Below, in pieces: positions 10,018 to 23,435 of a stretch of 64,000 bases of DNA (position 1 is the stretch's first letter; each line of letters starts with the position of its first letter). A program made the translations under genes and the position numbers. The stretch comes from an uncultured Candidatus Saccharibacteria bacterium (GTDB lineage Bacteria > Patescibacteriota > Minisyncoccia > Phycocordibacterales > XYD1-FULL-46-19): assembly GCA_964510655.1 (NCBI GenBank), contig CAZEAY010000001.1, positions 278,330 through 342,329 on the forward strand, written 5' to 3'. The notes beneath the pieces are model-generated. The model had not been told where the DNA came from, did no database searches, and saw only the letters and a list, made by a program, of their open reading frames with translations.

Positions 10018-10886
10018 TGTTAGAAAACAGTAAATTTGTTTTCTTTGGCACCGATGAATTCTCTGTCAAAGTTTTGGACACTCTAAAAAAACAGGGTTTT
10101 TATCCGTCACTAATAGTAACCGTTCCTGATCAACCAAAAGGAAGAAAACTAATTCTCACTCCACCACCAGCCAAACTTTGGGCCGAAGAAAATAATATCC
10201 CTTTAGTCCAGCCTGCCTCATTAAAGAATTTTGACTTGAGTGCTCATTTGACCTTTAACCTTTCTAATTTGGAATTTTCTTTAGTGGCCTCTTATGGAAA
10301 AATAATTCCCCAAGCAATATTAGAACTCCCCACCAAAGGCACCTTAAACATTCATCCATCTCTTTTACCGAATTATCGTGGAGCAACACCACTAGAAAGC
10401 GCTATTTTAGCTGGTGACAAAAAAACTGGGGTAACCATAATTATCTTGGACGCTCAAATGGATCACGGTCCGATATTAGCCCAAAAAGAAATTTCCCTAG
10501 AAAATTGGTCTCCTTTCTATGAAGAACTTCGAGATAAATTAGCTCTAGAAGGAGCTAATTTATTACTAGATTATTTACCATCTTGGCTAACTGGCAAAAT
10601 AAAACCAGGAGAACAAGATCACAACAAAGCAACTTTTACCAAAAAAATATCCAAAGAAGATGGATTGATCAATTTTGACGATCAGGCAGATCTTAATTTT
10701 CGTAAAATTAGAGCCCTAACACCTTGGCCAGGAACCTATTTCTTTATTAAAAGAAATGGGCAGGATTTCCGAGTAGTAATAAAACAAGCCCACCTAGAAA
10801 ATGGCGAACTAGTAATCGATCGGGTTATTCCCGAAGGGAAAAAGGAAATGGAATGGGAAAGTTTTAAAAAGGGATACCTAAAATAA
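10017..10886 (+). CDS. fmt: Methionyl-tRNA formyltransferase
   Basis: FFGTDEF, NIHPSLLPNYRGATP, MDHGPIL, IRALTPWPG; TAATG overlap with def. Confidence 0.96.
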   Translation: MLENSKFVFFGTDEFSVKVLDTLKKQGFYPSLIVTVPDQPKGRKLILTPPPAKLWAEENNIPLVQPASLKNFDLSAHLTFNLSNLEFSLVASYGKIIPQAILELPTKGTLNIHPSLLPNYRGATPLESAILAGDKKTGVTIIILDAQMDHGPILAQKEISLENWSPFYEELRDKLALEGANLLLDYLPSWLTGKIKPGEQDHNKATFTKKISKEDGLINFDDQADLNFRKIRALTPWPGTYFFIKRNGQDFRVVIKQAHLENGELVIDRVIPEGKKEMEWESFKKGYLK

Positions 10887-10918
10887 TTATAAATTTCAAA
10901 TTAAAAGTTATAAATTAA

Positions 10919-10961
10919 CCAATAAAAAACATCTCGCCAACGGCGAGATGTTTTTTATTGG
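10919..10961. terminator. Bidirectional intrinsic terminator
   Basis: CCAATAAAAAACATCTCGCC-AAC-GGCGAGATGTTTTTTATTGG perfect inverted repeat between convergent genes. Confidence 0.85.
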
Positions 10962-11006
10962 TTCCCCTTTTCTATATTCTTTATTCTTAATTCTACCTTC
11001 TTTCCT

Positions 11007-11678
11007 CTACTTAACTTCAACAGAATTTATAACCATATCTGAGAGTGGATGGTCCCGTTCATTAACTGGGGTGCCTTCAATTTTATCCACTACTTCCATT
11101 CCTCCCGCTACCCGACCAAAAGCCGTATAGTAACCCTGTAGCTGCATTGGCTCTTTGGCTGTCATAATAAAAAATTGCGAACCATTGGTGTTGGGCCCAG
11201 AATTAGCCATTGCAATCACTCCTCTTTCTAATCTAAGGTCATTTTGCTCATCGTCAAATTTATAACCCGGTCCACCCGTCCCATGAAGACTCCAGTCTTT
11301 ATTCTTGGACAATGGATCCCCTCCTTGAATCATAAAACCTTTAATTACCCGATGAAACAAAATACCATTATAAAAATCAGACTTGGCTAATTTAACAAAA
11401 TTAGCGACGGTGTTAGGAGCCTTATCAGGGTACAATTCTAAAATAATATCTCCCTGATTTGTCTTCATCGTAATCAAAACTTTTTCGGTAGTAGTACTCA
11501 TGACTTGATTATTATTAACAGCTTTATCGGTTGGTGTAAATAATGAATTAGACACTCCAAAAGAATCAGAGACTATTTTGTTCTCTTTGGGATAAAAATA
11601 AATACCAGCCATAATGGCTACCACAATTATCAAAAACAAGATAACCACTGGCCAAATACTATTATTTTGCTCATTCAT
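11007..11678 (-). CDS. Cyclophilin-type peptidyl-prolyl isomerase with N-terminal membrane anchor
   Basis: FHRVIKGFMIQGGDP, AMANSGPNTNGSQFFI, YTAFGRV. Confidence 0.95.
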   Translation of the reverse strand: MNEQNNSIWPVVILFLIIVVAIMAGIYFYPKENKIVSDSFGVSNSLFTPTDKAVNNNQVMSTTTEKVLITMKTNQGDIILELYPDKAPNTVANFVKLAKSDFYNGILFHRVIKGFMIQGGDPLSKNKDWSLHGTGGPGYKFDDEQNDLRLERGVIAMANSGPNTNGSQFFIMTAKEPMQLQGYYTAFGRVAGGMEVVDKIEGTPVNERDHPLSDMVINSVEVK

Positions 11679-11751
11679 AAAATTAACACAAACTTAAATT
11701 AGTAATTTATGAATTATATAATACTCCTCCCAAACTACAAAATGGACAATA

Positions 11752-12120
11752 TTAACTCCGGCGAAAACCGCGCAAGATACCCTTTAACAAACGACCACCT
11801 CTTTTCAATAGAGTATTTTTCTTTTTGTTCATAGTCTTTATAGCCTCCGCCAAATTATCTTTAGCCACATCGATAGCTGAATATAAGTCACTCTCTTCGG
11901 CCTCTACTCGCAAAGACTGTCCTGGTAAATTTAAATTTATCTCAGCCCGGAAAAAATCACCCAATTTATGGTGTTGAGTTGTTTTTCCAATCTCAACAGT
12001 AAAAACAACAGAATCCCTGTCGTGAGACAAAAACCTTTCCAGACTACCTACTTTTTCAAAGACATAATCATGAAGAGCCCCAGTCAATTCCATTCCCGTC
12101 GCTTTAATATTGATGTTCAT
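11752..12120 (-). CDS. raiA: Ribosome hibernation factor (RaiA/HPF, short form)
   Basis: MNINIKATGMELTGALHDYVFEK; DLYSAIDVAKD. Confidence 0.88.
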   Translation of the reverse strand: MNINIKATGMELTGALHDYVFEKVGSLERFLSHDRDSVVFTVEIGKTTQHHKLGDFFRAEINLNLPGQSLRVEAEESDLYSAIDVAKDNLAEAIKTMNKKKNTLLKRGGRLLKGILRGFRRS

Positions 12121-12242
12121 AATATTATTTATGAATTAGCTATTAAAAATATCTGACCAATCTATTGATTTAATAACAATACTCTCAACCAATATCATTA
12201 CTCTAATAATACACCATCTAGAGATGATTAAGTACAGAAAAC

Positions 12243-12464
12243 TTAATCACTGACGTTGATAATCTTGCTCTGCCCACGATGTCCAGTAACAATTCTCAGT
12301 GAATTTTCTGGGACACGCAAAAAGGCCGAAAGGACAGCCAAAATACGACGATTGGCAGCGTTCCTTTCCGCCTTTTCTTTTACCTCAATCTTAAAGTGAT
12401 CTTTTTTTATCTGGGTTATTTTTTCTTTTTTGGACCCCGGTAAAGCAGTCACTTTTACATACAT
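12243..12464 (-). CDS. DUF167 (YggU-like) protein
   Basis: KVTALPGSKK, AERNAANRRIL, IVTGHRGQSK pattern. Confidence 0.8.
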   Translation of the reverse strand: MYVKVTALPGSKKEKITQIKKDHFKIEVKEKAERNAANRRILAVLSAFLRVPENSLRIVTGHRGQSKIINVSD

Positions 12465-12502
12465 AACTATATTATACTACTCTTCAAACGATCATCCAAA
12501 AA

Positions 12503-13918
12503 CTAAACCTTTTCGGCCATAATCATATTCGTAGTACCAGACTCACCAAAAGGAATACCAGCAATAATTACCACCAAATCGCCCTTTTTAGCTAAACCAT
12601 GGTTTAACATTATATCCTTGGCTTTTACCGCCACCCGGGAGAGTGAAGTAAACTCACTACAAAGAATTGGGTAACAGCCGTAACTAAGAGCAAGCTGATT
12701 ATATGTTTTTTCTTCTGGGGTTAAGACAACGACAGGTTTATGAGGTCGATAGCGAGAAACCATTCGAGCAGTAAAACCACTCTTAGACAAAGCAACGATC
12801 GCCGACGCCCCTATTTCATGAGAGCGAGCCACTGCGGCCGAACTAAAAGAATCAGTGATCGTCTTTGGGGTCAAATAAGAATTCTGCAACACAGCTCGAT
12901 GATTTAGCTCCCGTTCAACCCTCACCGCAACTCGGGCCATAACCTCAATCGCCTCAATTGGAAATTTACCTAAAGTGGTTTCTTCTGACAACATAACAGC
13001 GTCGGTCCCATCATAAATAGCATTAGCAACATCATTAACCTCCGCTCGAGTAGGAACTGGTGAATTAATCATCGATTCCAACATTTGAGTGGCCGTAATA
13101 ACTGGCTTGCCCAATTTATTGCATTTTTCAATAATCCTCTTTTGGGCCACCGGAACCTCCTCAGCGGGAACTTCAATGGCTAAATCTCCACGCGCCACCA
13201 TAACCCCATCGGCGGCTGAGATAATTTCATCTAAATTTTCCAAAGCCTCCTCTGTTTCAATTTTAGCAATGATACTAATTTTTGACTTGTGCTTATCTAA
13301 GATTTTTCGCAAATCTAAAATATCAGAAGCACGACGAACAAAAGAGATCGCCATAAAGTCAACATTGTTTTTAACCCCAAACAGAATATCAGACTTATCT
13401 TTATCAGTTAGTGAACTAATTGATAAATAAGCTCCGGGGACATTTACCCCCCGTCGCCCCTTAGTTTCTCCCCCAACTAAAATTTCACAATTAATGTCAT
13501 TACCCTTAATTGATTTTACAACAAGCTTTTTCTTTCCATCATCGAGGAAAATAATGCCGCCAGGTTTTACTTCTTGCGGTAACTTTTCATAATTTACATA
13601 AGCTTTGTGTTCATCGCCAACCACCTTATCGGTAGTTAAAACAAATTTTTCTCCGACCTTCAAAGTTACTCTTTCTTGATAAAATTCACCAATTCTAATT
13701 TTGGGACCAGATAAATCTTGCAAGATAGCAACTGGTACTTTTAATTTTTTAGAAATTTTTCTTGTTCGATCAACTCGAGCTTGATGTTCGGCAAAATCAC
13801 CGTGAGAAAAATTTAAACGGGTCACATTTACCCCCGCCTGAAATAATTTAGTTAAAACAGCCTCACTTTCTGTCGCGGGGCCAATCGTAGCAACAATTTT
13901 AGTCTTTTTCTTATACAT
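12503..13918 (-). CDS. pyk: Pyruvate kinase
   Basis: TKIVATIGPA, RLNFSHG, IIAKIE, MVARGDL, TATQMLESM, PTRAEVND. Confidence 0.98.
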   Translation of the reverse strand: MYKKKTKIVATIGPATESEAVLTKLFQAGVNVTRLNFSHGDFAEHQARVDRTRKISKKLKVPVAILQDLSGPKIRIGEFYQERVTLKVGEKFVLTTDKVVGDEHKAYVNYEKLPQEVKPGGIIFLDDGKKKLVVKSIKGNDINCEILVGGETKGRRGVNVPGAYLSISSLTDKDKSDILFGVKNNVDFMAISFVRRASDILDLRKILDKHKSKISIIAKIETEEALENLDEIISAADGVMVARGDLAIEVPAEEVPVAQKRIIEKCNKLGKPVITATQMLESMINSPVPTRAEVNDVANAIYDGTDAVMLSEETTLGKFPIEAIEVMARVAVRVERELNHRAVLQNSYLTPKTITDSFSSAAVARSHEIGASAIVALSKSGFTARMVSRYRPHKPVVVLTPEEKTYNQLALSYGCYPILCSEFTSLSRVAVKAKDIMLNHGLAKKGDLVVIIAGIPFGESGTTNMIMAEKV

Positions 13919-14072
13919 AAATAATCCTCTTTAGTTAAAACTTAATAATAATCCAAAAAATTAAATAGCCCTCGTCATCACGAAGGTTGTCTATTTGAAA
14001 CTAGACGCCAATACTCACTACTTTAACACAACTTACAATTTTAGACAAATAAGCCCAAATAATATAGCTATT

Positions 14073-14666
14073 CTAGGGGTTTTTCCTCAAAATAACCCTC
14101 AATAATAAGACGATAATAACTAAAGAGATAGCGTAAAGTAAGAAGCCGTGAAAACGCTCAATAAATGCCAAAACTTGATGGAGTCTGTTTCGGAAAAAGA
14201 ACCCAATATACATAAAAAACCCAGTATAAATACCCGTAATCAGGAGTTCATAAAGTAAAAATTTTCTCCATTTGATTTTTAGAGAGCCGGCAATCACCGG
14301 TCCCAAAAAACGAAAACCAATAAAAAGACGAAGTAAAATCAGAGTCTTGCCAATATTTTGCTCCATTAACTTTTCATATCTAAGAAAAACATCTTCTTTT
14401 ATTTTTTTCTTAAATTTAAGAAAATGATGGCTCTCTTTAACACTTAACCAGTAAAAAATATTATCACCAATCAAAATACCCAAAACGGCAGAAAAATACA
14501 CTAGCCAAAAGTTGAATTTACCTAAACCCGACAAATAACCGAAGACGATAAAAACCCCCTCATCTGGAATAGGAAAAAAATAACCAAAAGAACCAAAATA
14601 TCCAATAATACCGAGATAGGAGAAATGACTAAGATATTTGATTAAACCGGCGGTAGTATAAAGCAT
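14073..14666 (-). CDS. DedA family membrane protein
   Basis: FPIPDE, GILIGDNIFYWL, RLFIGFRFLGPVIAG, multiple TM helices. Confidence 0.85.
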   Translation of the reverse strand: MLYTTAGLIKYLSHFSYLGIIGYFGSFGYFFPIPDEGVFIVFGYLSGLGKFNFWLVYFSAVLGILIGDNIFYWLSVKESHHFLKFKKKIKEDVFLRYEKLMEQNIGKTLILLRLFIGFRFLGPVIAGSLKIKWRKFLLYELLITGIYTGFFMYIGFFFRNRLHQVLAFIERFHGFLLYAISLVIIVLLLRVILRKNP

Positions 14667-14722
14667 GATTATTTATATTTTAAAACTTTTTAGTCCATCG
14701 CAACTGGCGAGGCGAGCAACTT

Positions 14723-15967
14723 CTATTCATATCGCAACGAATCAATAGGATTCTTAATTGCCGCCTTTCGGGCTGGATAGATACCAAAAATGACACCAGT
14801 TAGAGTAGAGACCGATACCGCCAGTAAAATAGCCGACCAAGGTAAAGCAAAAGACCAAGCGATCGTGGTAAATTTTATCATAATTAGATAAGTCAAACCA
14901 GTCAAAGTAGCTCCAATAATTATTCCAATGACTCCCCCAAAAAAAGTTAGAATAACAGACTCAATCAAAAACTGCTCCATGATATCACGATTCGAGGCGC
15001 CAATTGCTTTACGTAGACCGATTTCTTTTGTCCGCTCGATAACCGAGACGAGCATAATATTCATAATCCCTATTCCCCCCACCACTAATGAAATCGAAGC
15101 AATAGCCGTCAGAAAAATAGTTAAAATAGTAGTAATATTACCCAACAAGGACAGAGCATCTTGTTGGGTTCTAATCGTAAAATCATCTTTAGCGGGATCG
15201 ATAATTTTATGATTTTGCCGTAAAATAGTTTCAATCCGATTTTTCGCAAAATCGACATCGTAATTATCTTTAGTTTGGATCACAATCATATTGTAATAAT
15301 TAATCCCTAACATGATCTTTTGGGCTACTGTTACGGGCACATAAATAGAGTCATCTTGATCAACACCCATTGGCCCAACCCCCTCTTTACCCAAAACCCC
15401 AACAACTCGAAAATTTATATCCTTTAACTTAAACAATTTACCAACTGGATTTCGATCACCAAAGAGATCCTCTGCAATCTTTGAACCAATTACGGCTACC
15501 CGATTTGATGAGTCGACATCGGCCTTAGTAAAAGCATAACCATTAACCGGTACTAGATTACGAATAACAAAAAAATTATCAGCTACCCCTTCGTAAGTAA
15601 CATTTTTATCATTAATATCCGTTCCCGCCTTAGCCACCCCACGAACCTCTGGAGTCACCATCTCCACTGAGGCCTCTTGTTTAATAGAATAAATATCAGA
15701 AGCCGTCAGGGTTTTTATCACCACTCCCAAAGTACTAGCTGGAGCAGCTGTCCGCGAACCACCTGAACCGCCAGGAATCACAAAGATTAGATTGGAACCA
15801 ACCCCTTTGACTTGGTTTAAAATAAAATCTTGAGCCGACTGACCAATAGACATCAAAAGAATAACAGAAGCAATTCCAATAATTATTCCCAGCATCGTCA
15901 ACGCTGATCTCATTTTTGAGTGTCTTAACCCGGCGACAGCTGTTTTAATTGAGTCTTTTAGTCTCAT
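14723..15967 (-). CDS. MacB/FtsX-family ABC transporter permease
   Basis: RSALTMLGIIIG, GGIGIMNIMLVSVIERTKEIGLRKAIGA, YPARKAA..NPIDSLRYE. Confidence 0.95.
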   Translation of the reverse strand: MRLKDSIKTAVAGLRHSKMRSALTMLGIIIGIASVILLMSIGQSAQDFILNQVKGVGSNLIFVIPGGSGGSRTAAPASTLGVVIKTLTASDIYSIKQEASVEMVTPEVRGVAKAGTDINDKNVTYEGVADNFFVIRNLVPVNGYAFTKADVDSSNRVAVIGSKIAEDLFGDRNPVGKLFKLKDINFRVVGVLGKEGVGPMGVDQDDSIYVPVTVAQKIMLGINYYNMIVIQTKDNYDVDFAKNRIETILRQNHKIIDPAKDDFTIRTQQDALSLLGNITTILTIFLTAIASISLVVGGIGIMNIMLVSVIERTKEIGLRKAIGASNRDIMEQFLIESVILTFFGGVIGIIIGATLTGLTYLIMIKFTTIAWSFALPWSAILLAVSVSTLTGVIFGIYPARKAAIKNPIDSLRYE

Positions 15968-15972
15968 GGTTA

Positions 15973-16683
15973 TTATTTAAAAAATTGTTCCTTACTATTG
16001 CGTCTAGCAGTAACAACTTCGTCACTTTCAATTTGTCCATCACGCAGTTTTATTAGTCGATTAGCAAATTGAGCAGTATAAGTTTCGTGGGTGACCAAAA
16101 TTACCGTTCGACCAGACTCATTTAATTTTTTGAATATCTCCATCACTTGGGCCCCAGAAGCAGAGTCAAGATTGCCGGTTGGCTCATCAGCAAAAATAAT
16201 ATCGGGATTATTTACCAAGGCCCGAGCAATCGCCACTCGCTGTTTTTGACCTCCAGACAATTTGCCCGCTTCCATGTTTATTTTTTCCTTCAAACCCACC
16301 GCCATCACCGCTTCCTCCACCATCGCCCGCCGATTAACCGGTAAGACTTTAGAGTAGATAAGTGGCAACTCAACATTTTCATAAACAGACGAAGAAGGCA
16401 ATAAATTAAAAGCCTGAAAAACAAAACCCATATTCTCATTACGGATACGGGCCAAATCCCTGTCAGACAAATCATCCATCCGATGTCCTAAAAAAGAAAA
16501 ACTGCCTCCTGTTGGACGATCCAAGAAGCTTAAGATATGCATTAGAGTAGATTTACCAGAGCCCGACGGACCCATAATTGCAACAAATTCCCCCTTTTTT
16601 ATCGAAAAGGAAACTCCCGTCAAAGCCGGGGTAAGAGTACCATCATCACCATAAACCTTCTTTAGGTCTTTGACTTCTATCAT
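15973..16683 (-). CDS. ABC transporter ATP-binding protein (MacB/LolD type)
   Basis: GPSGSGKS Walker A, LSGGQKQRVAIARAL, FADEPTGNLD, VTHE. Confidence 0.96.
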   Translation of the reverse strand: MIEVKDLKKVYGDDGTLTPALTGVSFSIKKGEFVAIMGPSGSGKSTLMHILSFLDRPTGGSFSFLGHRMDDLSDRDLARIRNENMGFVFQAFNLLPSSSVYENVELPLIYSKVLPVNRRAMVEEAVMAVGLKEKINMEAGKLSGGQKQRVAIARALVNNPDIIFADEPTGNLDSASGAQVMEIFKKLNESGRTVILVTHETYTAQFANRLIKLRDGQIESDEVVTARRNSKEQFFK

Positions 16684-16702
16684 TTTTTAATTCAACACCA
16701 GA

Positions 16703-18229
16703 CTATTTTTTAAGGCCAACGTTTAGAACCTCATCTCCTTCCGCTACTCCCGATAAAATTTCTACTCGGCCATCTTGGCTACGAATTCCGATTTTTACTG
16801 CCACTTGTTCAGTTTTGTTATTGCCAATATTTTTTTCCACAAATGAGCCTTTATCATTTTCAATAATAGAATATTGGGGCAAAATTAACACATTATCTTT
16901 TCTAACCGTTTCAATAGTCAAATTAGCTGTTAACCCACTCTTCAAACGGGTGTCATTTTTACCAAAACCAACTTTAATTTTATAATTCACCACCCCATCA
17001 ACCACTGTTTCGGCTGGCTCAATATAGGTTACACTACCATCCCAGACTTCACCCGCATAAGCATCAAGAGTAATAGTAACTTTATTTCCTAAAGCTAATT
17101 TACCAACATCCACTTCTGGCACATTAGCCGTAATCTCAAATGAACCATCAGACATCACCGTAACCACATTCACTCCTGGCGTAGCGGTTTCCCCAACTTT
17201 CGCGTCCTGGCGAGTCACCAAACCGCTAATTGGCGCAATAATCATGTTTTTAGAAATTTGAGCCTTAATTTGAGAAACTTGAGCTTGGGCTTGCTCAACT
17301 TCAGATTCTCCGATCGACAATTCTTCAGGAGTAGAGACTGTCAAATCTAATTTATTTTGAGCCACCAAAACCGCCTGTCTCGCGGCCTGCAAATTGGAAA
17401 CAGCCAAATTTATTTGCGCCCGAGCCGAAGAAACATTTGACCGATAACCACTTAAAACACTGGCTGTAATATCAGAATCCGGAGTCTGGGCATTAATCGC
17501 TTGAGAAATTTTATCTAGATAAACACGAGTTTTTACTAAATTGGCCAAATCTAAATTATATTCCTTTTCCAAATCAGAGGTGGCAGACAAAACGCTAATT
17601 CTTGCATTCCAAGCCACCAGCCGTTCTTCTAAATCACGACGAGAAAAAGATAGGTCAATGAGTTCATCGCTAGTCACACCATCTAAATTATAATAAGCAT
17701 TGGTCGTTCGAGGATTATCGAAAAAGATATCAGTTAAATTACGAACGGCATCATCATTTTTAGTGTAAGCATCGGTCAAAGATTGAACGAGGGCAGTCCG
17801 TGCATTTCGTAAATCATTCTCTGCTCCTAACAGCTCAGAGCTGGGGGTATTTTGATTACCAGATAAAGTACTTTTTCTTAATTCCGACAGCTTAGCTTCT
17901 TTCGCCTTAACATTAGCCAAAGCTTGTTCTAATTGAGCATACAAGTCACCAGAATCCAAAGAGGCTAACGTCTGTCCAATCGTAACCCGATCTCCGACCT
18001 TGACTGGAGCTGATGAGACTCGCCCAGCTCGGTCAAAAGACATTTCAATATTTTCCGAAGATTCTGTTTTGCCGGTAATAACAACCTCTTGAGTAATAGT
18101 ACCCTTAACGACCTTCACCGTATCACTAGCCTGATCAGGACGGGTAAACCAAAAAATGCTCCCACCCAAGATGATTATAACGGTAGACCAAACAATAATT
18201 AATTTAGTAGTAAGATATTTTTTTAACAT
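16703..18229 (-). CDS. MacA/HlyD-type periplasmic adaptor subunit with long coiled coil
   Basis: N-terminal TM, VKVGDRVTIGQTLASLD lipoyl half, IIAPISGLV, LKSGLTANL; in an operon with the ABC genes. Confidence 0.9.
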   Translation of the reverse strand: MLKKYLTTKLIIVWSTVIIILGGSIFWFTRPDQASDTVKVVKGTITQEVVITGKTESSENIEMSFDRAGRVSSAPVKVGDRVTIGQTLASLDSGDLYAQLEQALANVKAKEAKLSELRKSTLSGNQNTPSSELLGAENDLRNARTALVQSLTDAYTKNDDAVRNLTDIFFDNPRTTNAYYNLDGVTSDELIDLSFSRRDLEERLVAWNARISVLSATSDLEKEYNLDLANLVKTRVYLDKISQAINAQTPDSDITASVLSGYRSNVSSARAQINLAVSNLQAARQAVLVAQNKLDLTVSTPEELSIGESEVEQAQAQVSQIKAQISKNMIIAPISGLVTRQDAKVGETATPGVNVVTVMSDGSFEITANVPEVDVGKLALGNKVTITLDAYAGEVWDGSVTYIEPAETVVDGVVNYKIKVGFGKNDTRLKSGLTANLTIETVRKDNVLILPQYSIIENDKGSFVEKNIGNNKTEQVAVKIGIRSQDGRVEILSGVAEGDEVLNVGLKK

Positions 18230-18309
18230 GAGCTAATTATGCCAATAATCAAAATAAAAAGCAAAAATTGTTTATTTTTGCTTTTTATAAATTAAATTAT
18301 AGATCAGAG

Positions 18310-19098
18310 TTACTCTATCTCAAATCTCACTGTCACAACTGAAGAAACTTCATTAGATCCAGCATTCAGACTACTAACGGAAACCGGGGCTGTCGCCATC
18401 ATCGCCCCACCAAATTCCATTCGGCTGTCATAGGCCTTAGGAGCAAAATTATTATTTTCATCAATTGAGATTATCCTCCCCACCTTAAACCCACCGGCTT
18501 TCGCAATGACCTCCGCCTGAGCTAAAGCTTTTTTAATCGCTAAAGATTTGGCTTCTGTTGTCAAAGAAGTAGCGTCATCGACAGTAAAGTTTAATTGTGA
18601 GACATTGTTTGCTCCGGCGGCAACCACTCCCGACAAAATCTTATCAACTTTAGCTAAGTCACGAATCTTAACCGAATCGGTCTGTGATAAGGTGTAACCA
18701 ATAATTTCTGATGGACGACAAGGAACACTATTACCAACCGAGCTAGCCGGACAAGAAAAATATTGATAGCGAGGTTCTAGATTATAAGCGATCGTTTCTA
18801 CATCCTTAGCCTCTACTCCCTGAGTCTTTAGAACTCCTTGGATTTTTGCAGTTAAATCATCGCTCTGCTTCTTAATTTGAGCAATATCTTTCCCCCCTTG
18901 AATCAACACACTATAAGAAAATTGCGCAATATCATTTTTCGCAGTTGCTTTACCCTCACCAGTCACCGCAAAAGTCCGGTAAGATCCTGGTTGGATCATC
19001 TTAGAATAAGCACTGGTATAAACAAAAGCTGAGTAAGCAAAAATAACAATAACTACAATAGATACGTACCCAAGATAATTTTTTATTTTCTGATCCAT
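18310..19098 (-). CDS. SIMPL (DUF541) domain protein
   Basis: N-terminal TM, VTGEGKATAKND, GANNVSQLNFTVD, C-terminal VTVRFEIE; ATG taken at 19098. Confidence 0.88.
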   Translation of the reverse strand: MDQKIKNYLGYVSIVVIVIFAYSAFVYTSAYSKMIQPGSYRTFAVTGEGKATAKNDIAQFSYSVLIQGGKDIAQIKKQSDDLTAKIQGVLKTQGVEAKDVETIAYNLEPRYQYFSCPASSVGNSVPCRPSEIIGYTLSQTDSVKIRDLAKVDKILSGVVAAGANNVSQLNFTVDDATSLTTEAKSLAIKKALAQAEVIAKAGGFKVGRIISIDENNNFAPKAYDSRMEFGGAMMATAPVSVSSLNAGSNEVSSVVTVRFEIE

Positions 19099-19190
19099 AA
19101 ATTTAAATCTAAAATAACTAATAAAGATATCTCTCGCCATTTTCTTTAAGATTACTCCCAAAGAATGGCATTTTTATGATAATAATCCTA

Positions 19191-19433
19191 TCATAAGGTA
19201 GCTAAAATATTAACTACATTTTTAGCTCCCACCTCAACAAAGCCGCCACTAAGCTTTATTTCTTGTATTTTATTAGCTTTGTTGACGATCTTAATTATAC
19301 CACTTTTTAGGACCGAAATTAAAGGTCGATGATTATCCATAATGGTAATCTCACCGGACACAGTCTTAAGGTTTAATGATAAAATTTGATCTTCAAATTT
19401 TATCCCTTTTAGGGTGTATATTTTTAGCAACAT
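19191..19433 (-). CDS. atpC: F1 ATP synthase epsilon subunit (N-terminal beta-sandwich only)
   Basis: GEITIMDNHRPLIS, SGGFVEV; follows atpD. Confidence 0.88.
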   Translation of the reverse strand: MLLKIYTLKGIKFEDQILSLNLKTVSGEITIMDNHRPLISVLKSGIIKIVNKANKIQEIKLSGGFVEVGAKNVVNILATL

Positions 19434-19439
19434 AAAATT

Positions 19440-21793
<2,354 letters not shown>

Positions 21794-21804
21794 AGTTTAT
21801 GATT

Positions 21805-23346
21805 TTATTTTTTATCACTAGCAAACATCCGCTTAAATTCCCCAAGAGCGGTTTTAATTTTTTCCTCATTTTCTAAAGACAGATCACCGGTTCGAGAAAT
21901 ATCGGTCAAAATATCACTGTTCATTTTGACGACATAAGAAATAAATTCTTTTTCGAAAATAACAATTTTTTCTTTTGGCACATCATCAAGCTGGCCACTA
22001 ATCGCAACATAAAGAATCAAAACTTGAGATTCAAAGCTCATCGGTTCAAGGTCCATTTGTTTCAAGACTTCCATCAACATTTGACCACGTTCAATTTTAC
22101 TTTTAGTTAAATCGTCTAAATCTGAAGCAAACTGAACAAAAGCCTGAAGTTCACGAAACTGGGCTAATTCCAAACGTAAACGACTAGCCACTTTCTTCAT
22201 GGCTTTAGTCTGAGCCGAAGAACCAACTCGCGAAACCGATAACCCAACATTTACGGCCGGTCTAAACCCTTGAAAAAACAAGTTGGACTCCAAATAAATT
22301 TGCCCATCAGTAATAGAAATTACATTGGTTGGAATATAAGCTGAAACATCACCAAGTTGAGTCTCAATAATGGGCAAAGCGGTAATCGATCCACCGCCAT
22401 ACTCTTTTGATCTCTTGGCGGCTCGTTCCAGTAAGCGAGAATGTAGGTAAAAGACATCACCCGGATAAGCCTCGCGACCAGGAGGGCGACGCAAAAGCAG
22501 AGACAGCTGACGATACGCATTGGCATGCTTGGATAAATCATCATAAATAATCAAAACATCCCGACCTTGATCCATAAAATACTCACCAATTGCGACGCCA
22601 GCAAACGGAGCCAAATACTGTAAAGAAGCCGGACTAGAAGCCGGGGCATTTACAATAATGGTATATTTTAAGGCATCATTTTTCTCTAAAGTTCGAACAA
22701 ATTGTGCCACTTTAGAATTTTTTTGACCGATCGCAACGTAAATACAAACAACGGGTTCACGTCCCAGATCATTTTTTTGATTAATAATTGTATCCAAAGC
22801 AATTGCGGTTTTCCCAGTCTGACGATCACCAATAATCAGTTCACGTTGTCCTCGTCCAATCGGAATCATCGCATCAATTGCCTTGATCCCGGTATGAAGA
22901 GGGGTTCTCACCGACTCACGCATAACTACCGATGGAGCAATTTTTTCTAGTAGGTAATTTTTGGTTTTACTCTGGTCACTATATAAAGCCCCCTTACCAT
23001 CTTGAGGATTACCTAAGGAATCAATCACGCGTCCAACAATCTCATCGCCAACGGGAAGAGACATAACCTGACCAGTTTTCTTAACTCGATCTCCCACTTT
23101 AAGCGAGGCCGCATCGGCTAAAATAATGGCTCCAATAAAATTTTCTTCAAGATTAAAAACTAAAGCCGGAATATCTCCCCCAATCGTCTCAACATACAAA
23201 AGTTCTTGGGAAAGAGCCCCGGTTAAACCGGAAACTTTGGCAATACCGTCACCCCACTCTGTAACCATCCCAACTTCACGAAATTGATCTTCGGTATTAG
23301 CCCCCTTAATTTCTTTTTTTAACTTTTCTATTATTTCGTATGACAT
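21805..23346 (-). CDS. atpA: F1 ATP synthase alpha subunit
   Basis: [43 protein letters not shown]. Confidence 0.98.
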   Translation of the reverse strand: MSYEIIEKLKKEIKGANTEDQFREVGMVTEWGDGIAKVSGLTGALSQELLYVETIGGDIPALVFNLEENFIGAIILADAASLKVGDRVKKTGQVMSLPVGDEIVGRVIDSLGNPQDGKGALYSDQSKTKNYLLEKIAPSVVMRESVRTPLHTGIKAIDAMIPIGRGQRELIIGDRQTGKTAIALDTIINQKNDLGREPVVCIYVAIGQKNSKVAQFVRTLEKNDALKYTIIVNAPASSPASLQYLAPFAGVAIGEYFMDQGRDVLIIYDDLSKHANAYRQLSLLLRRPPGREAYPGDVFYLHSRLLERAAKRSKEYGGGSITALPIIETQLGDVSAYIPTNVISITDGQIYLESNLFFQGFRPAVNVGLSVSRVGSSAQTKAMKKVASRLRLELAQFRELQAFVQFASDLDDLTKSKIERGQMLMEVLKQMDLEPMSFESQVLILYVAISGQLDDVPKEKIVIFEKEFISYVVKMNSDILTDISRTGDLSLENEEKIKTALGEFKRMFASDKK

Positions 23347-23435
23347 TTATCTGCCAAAATTTTTACCAATAAAATTTTTCGACATTTATATATTCTTAAC
23401 ATTTAATATCTTTATCAAAACTTAGGCAGATAAAA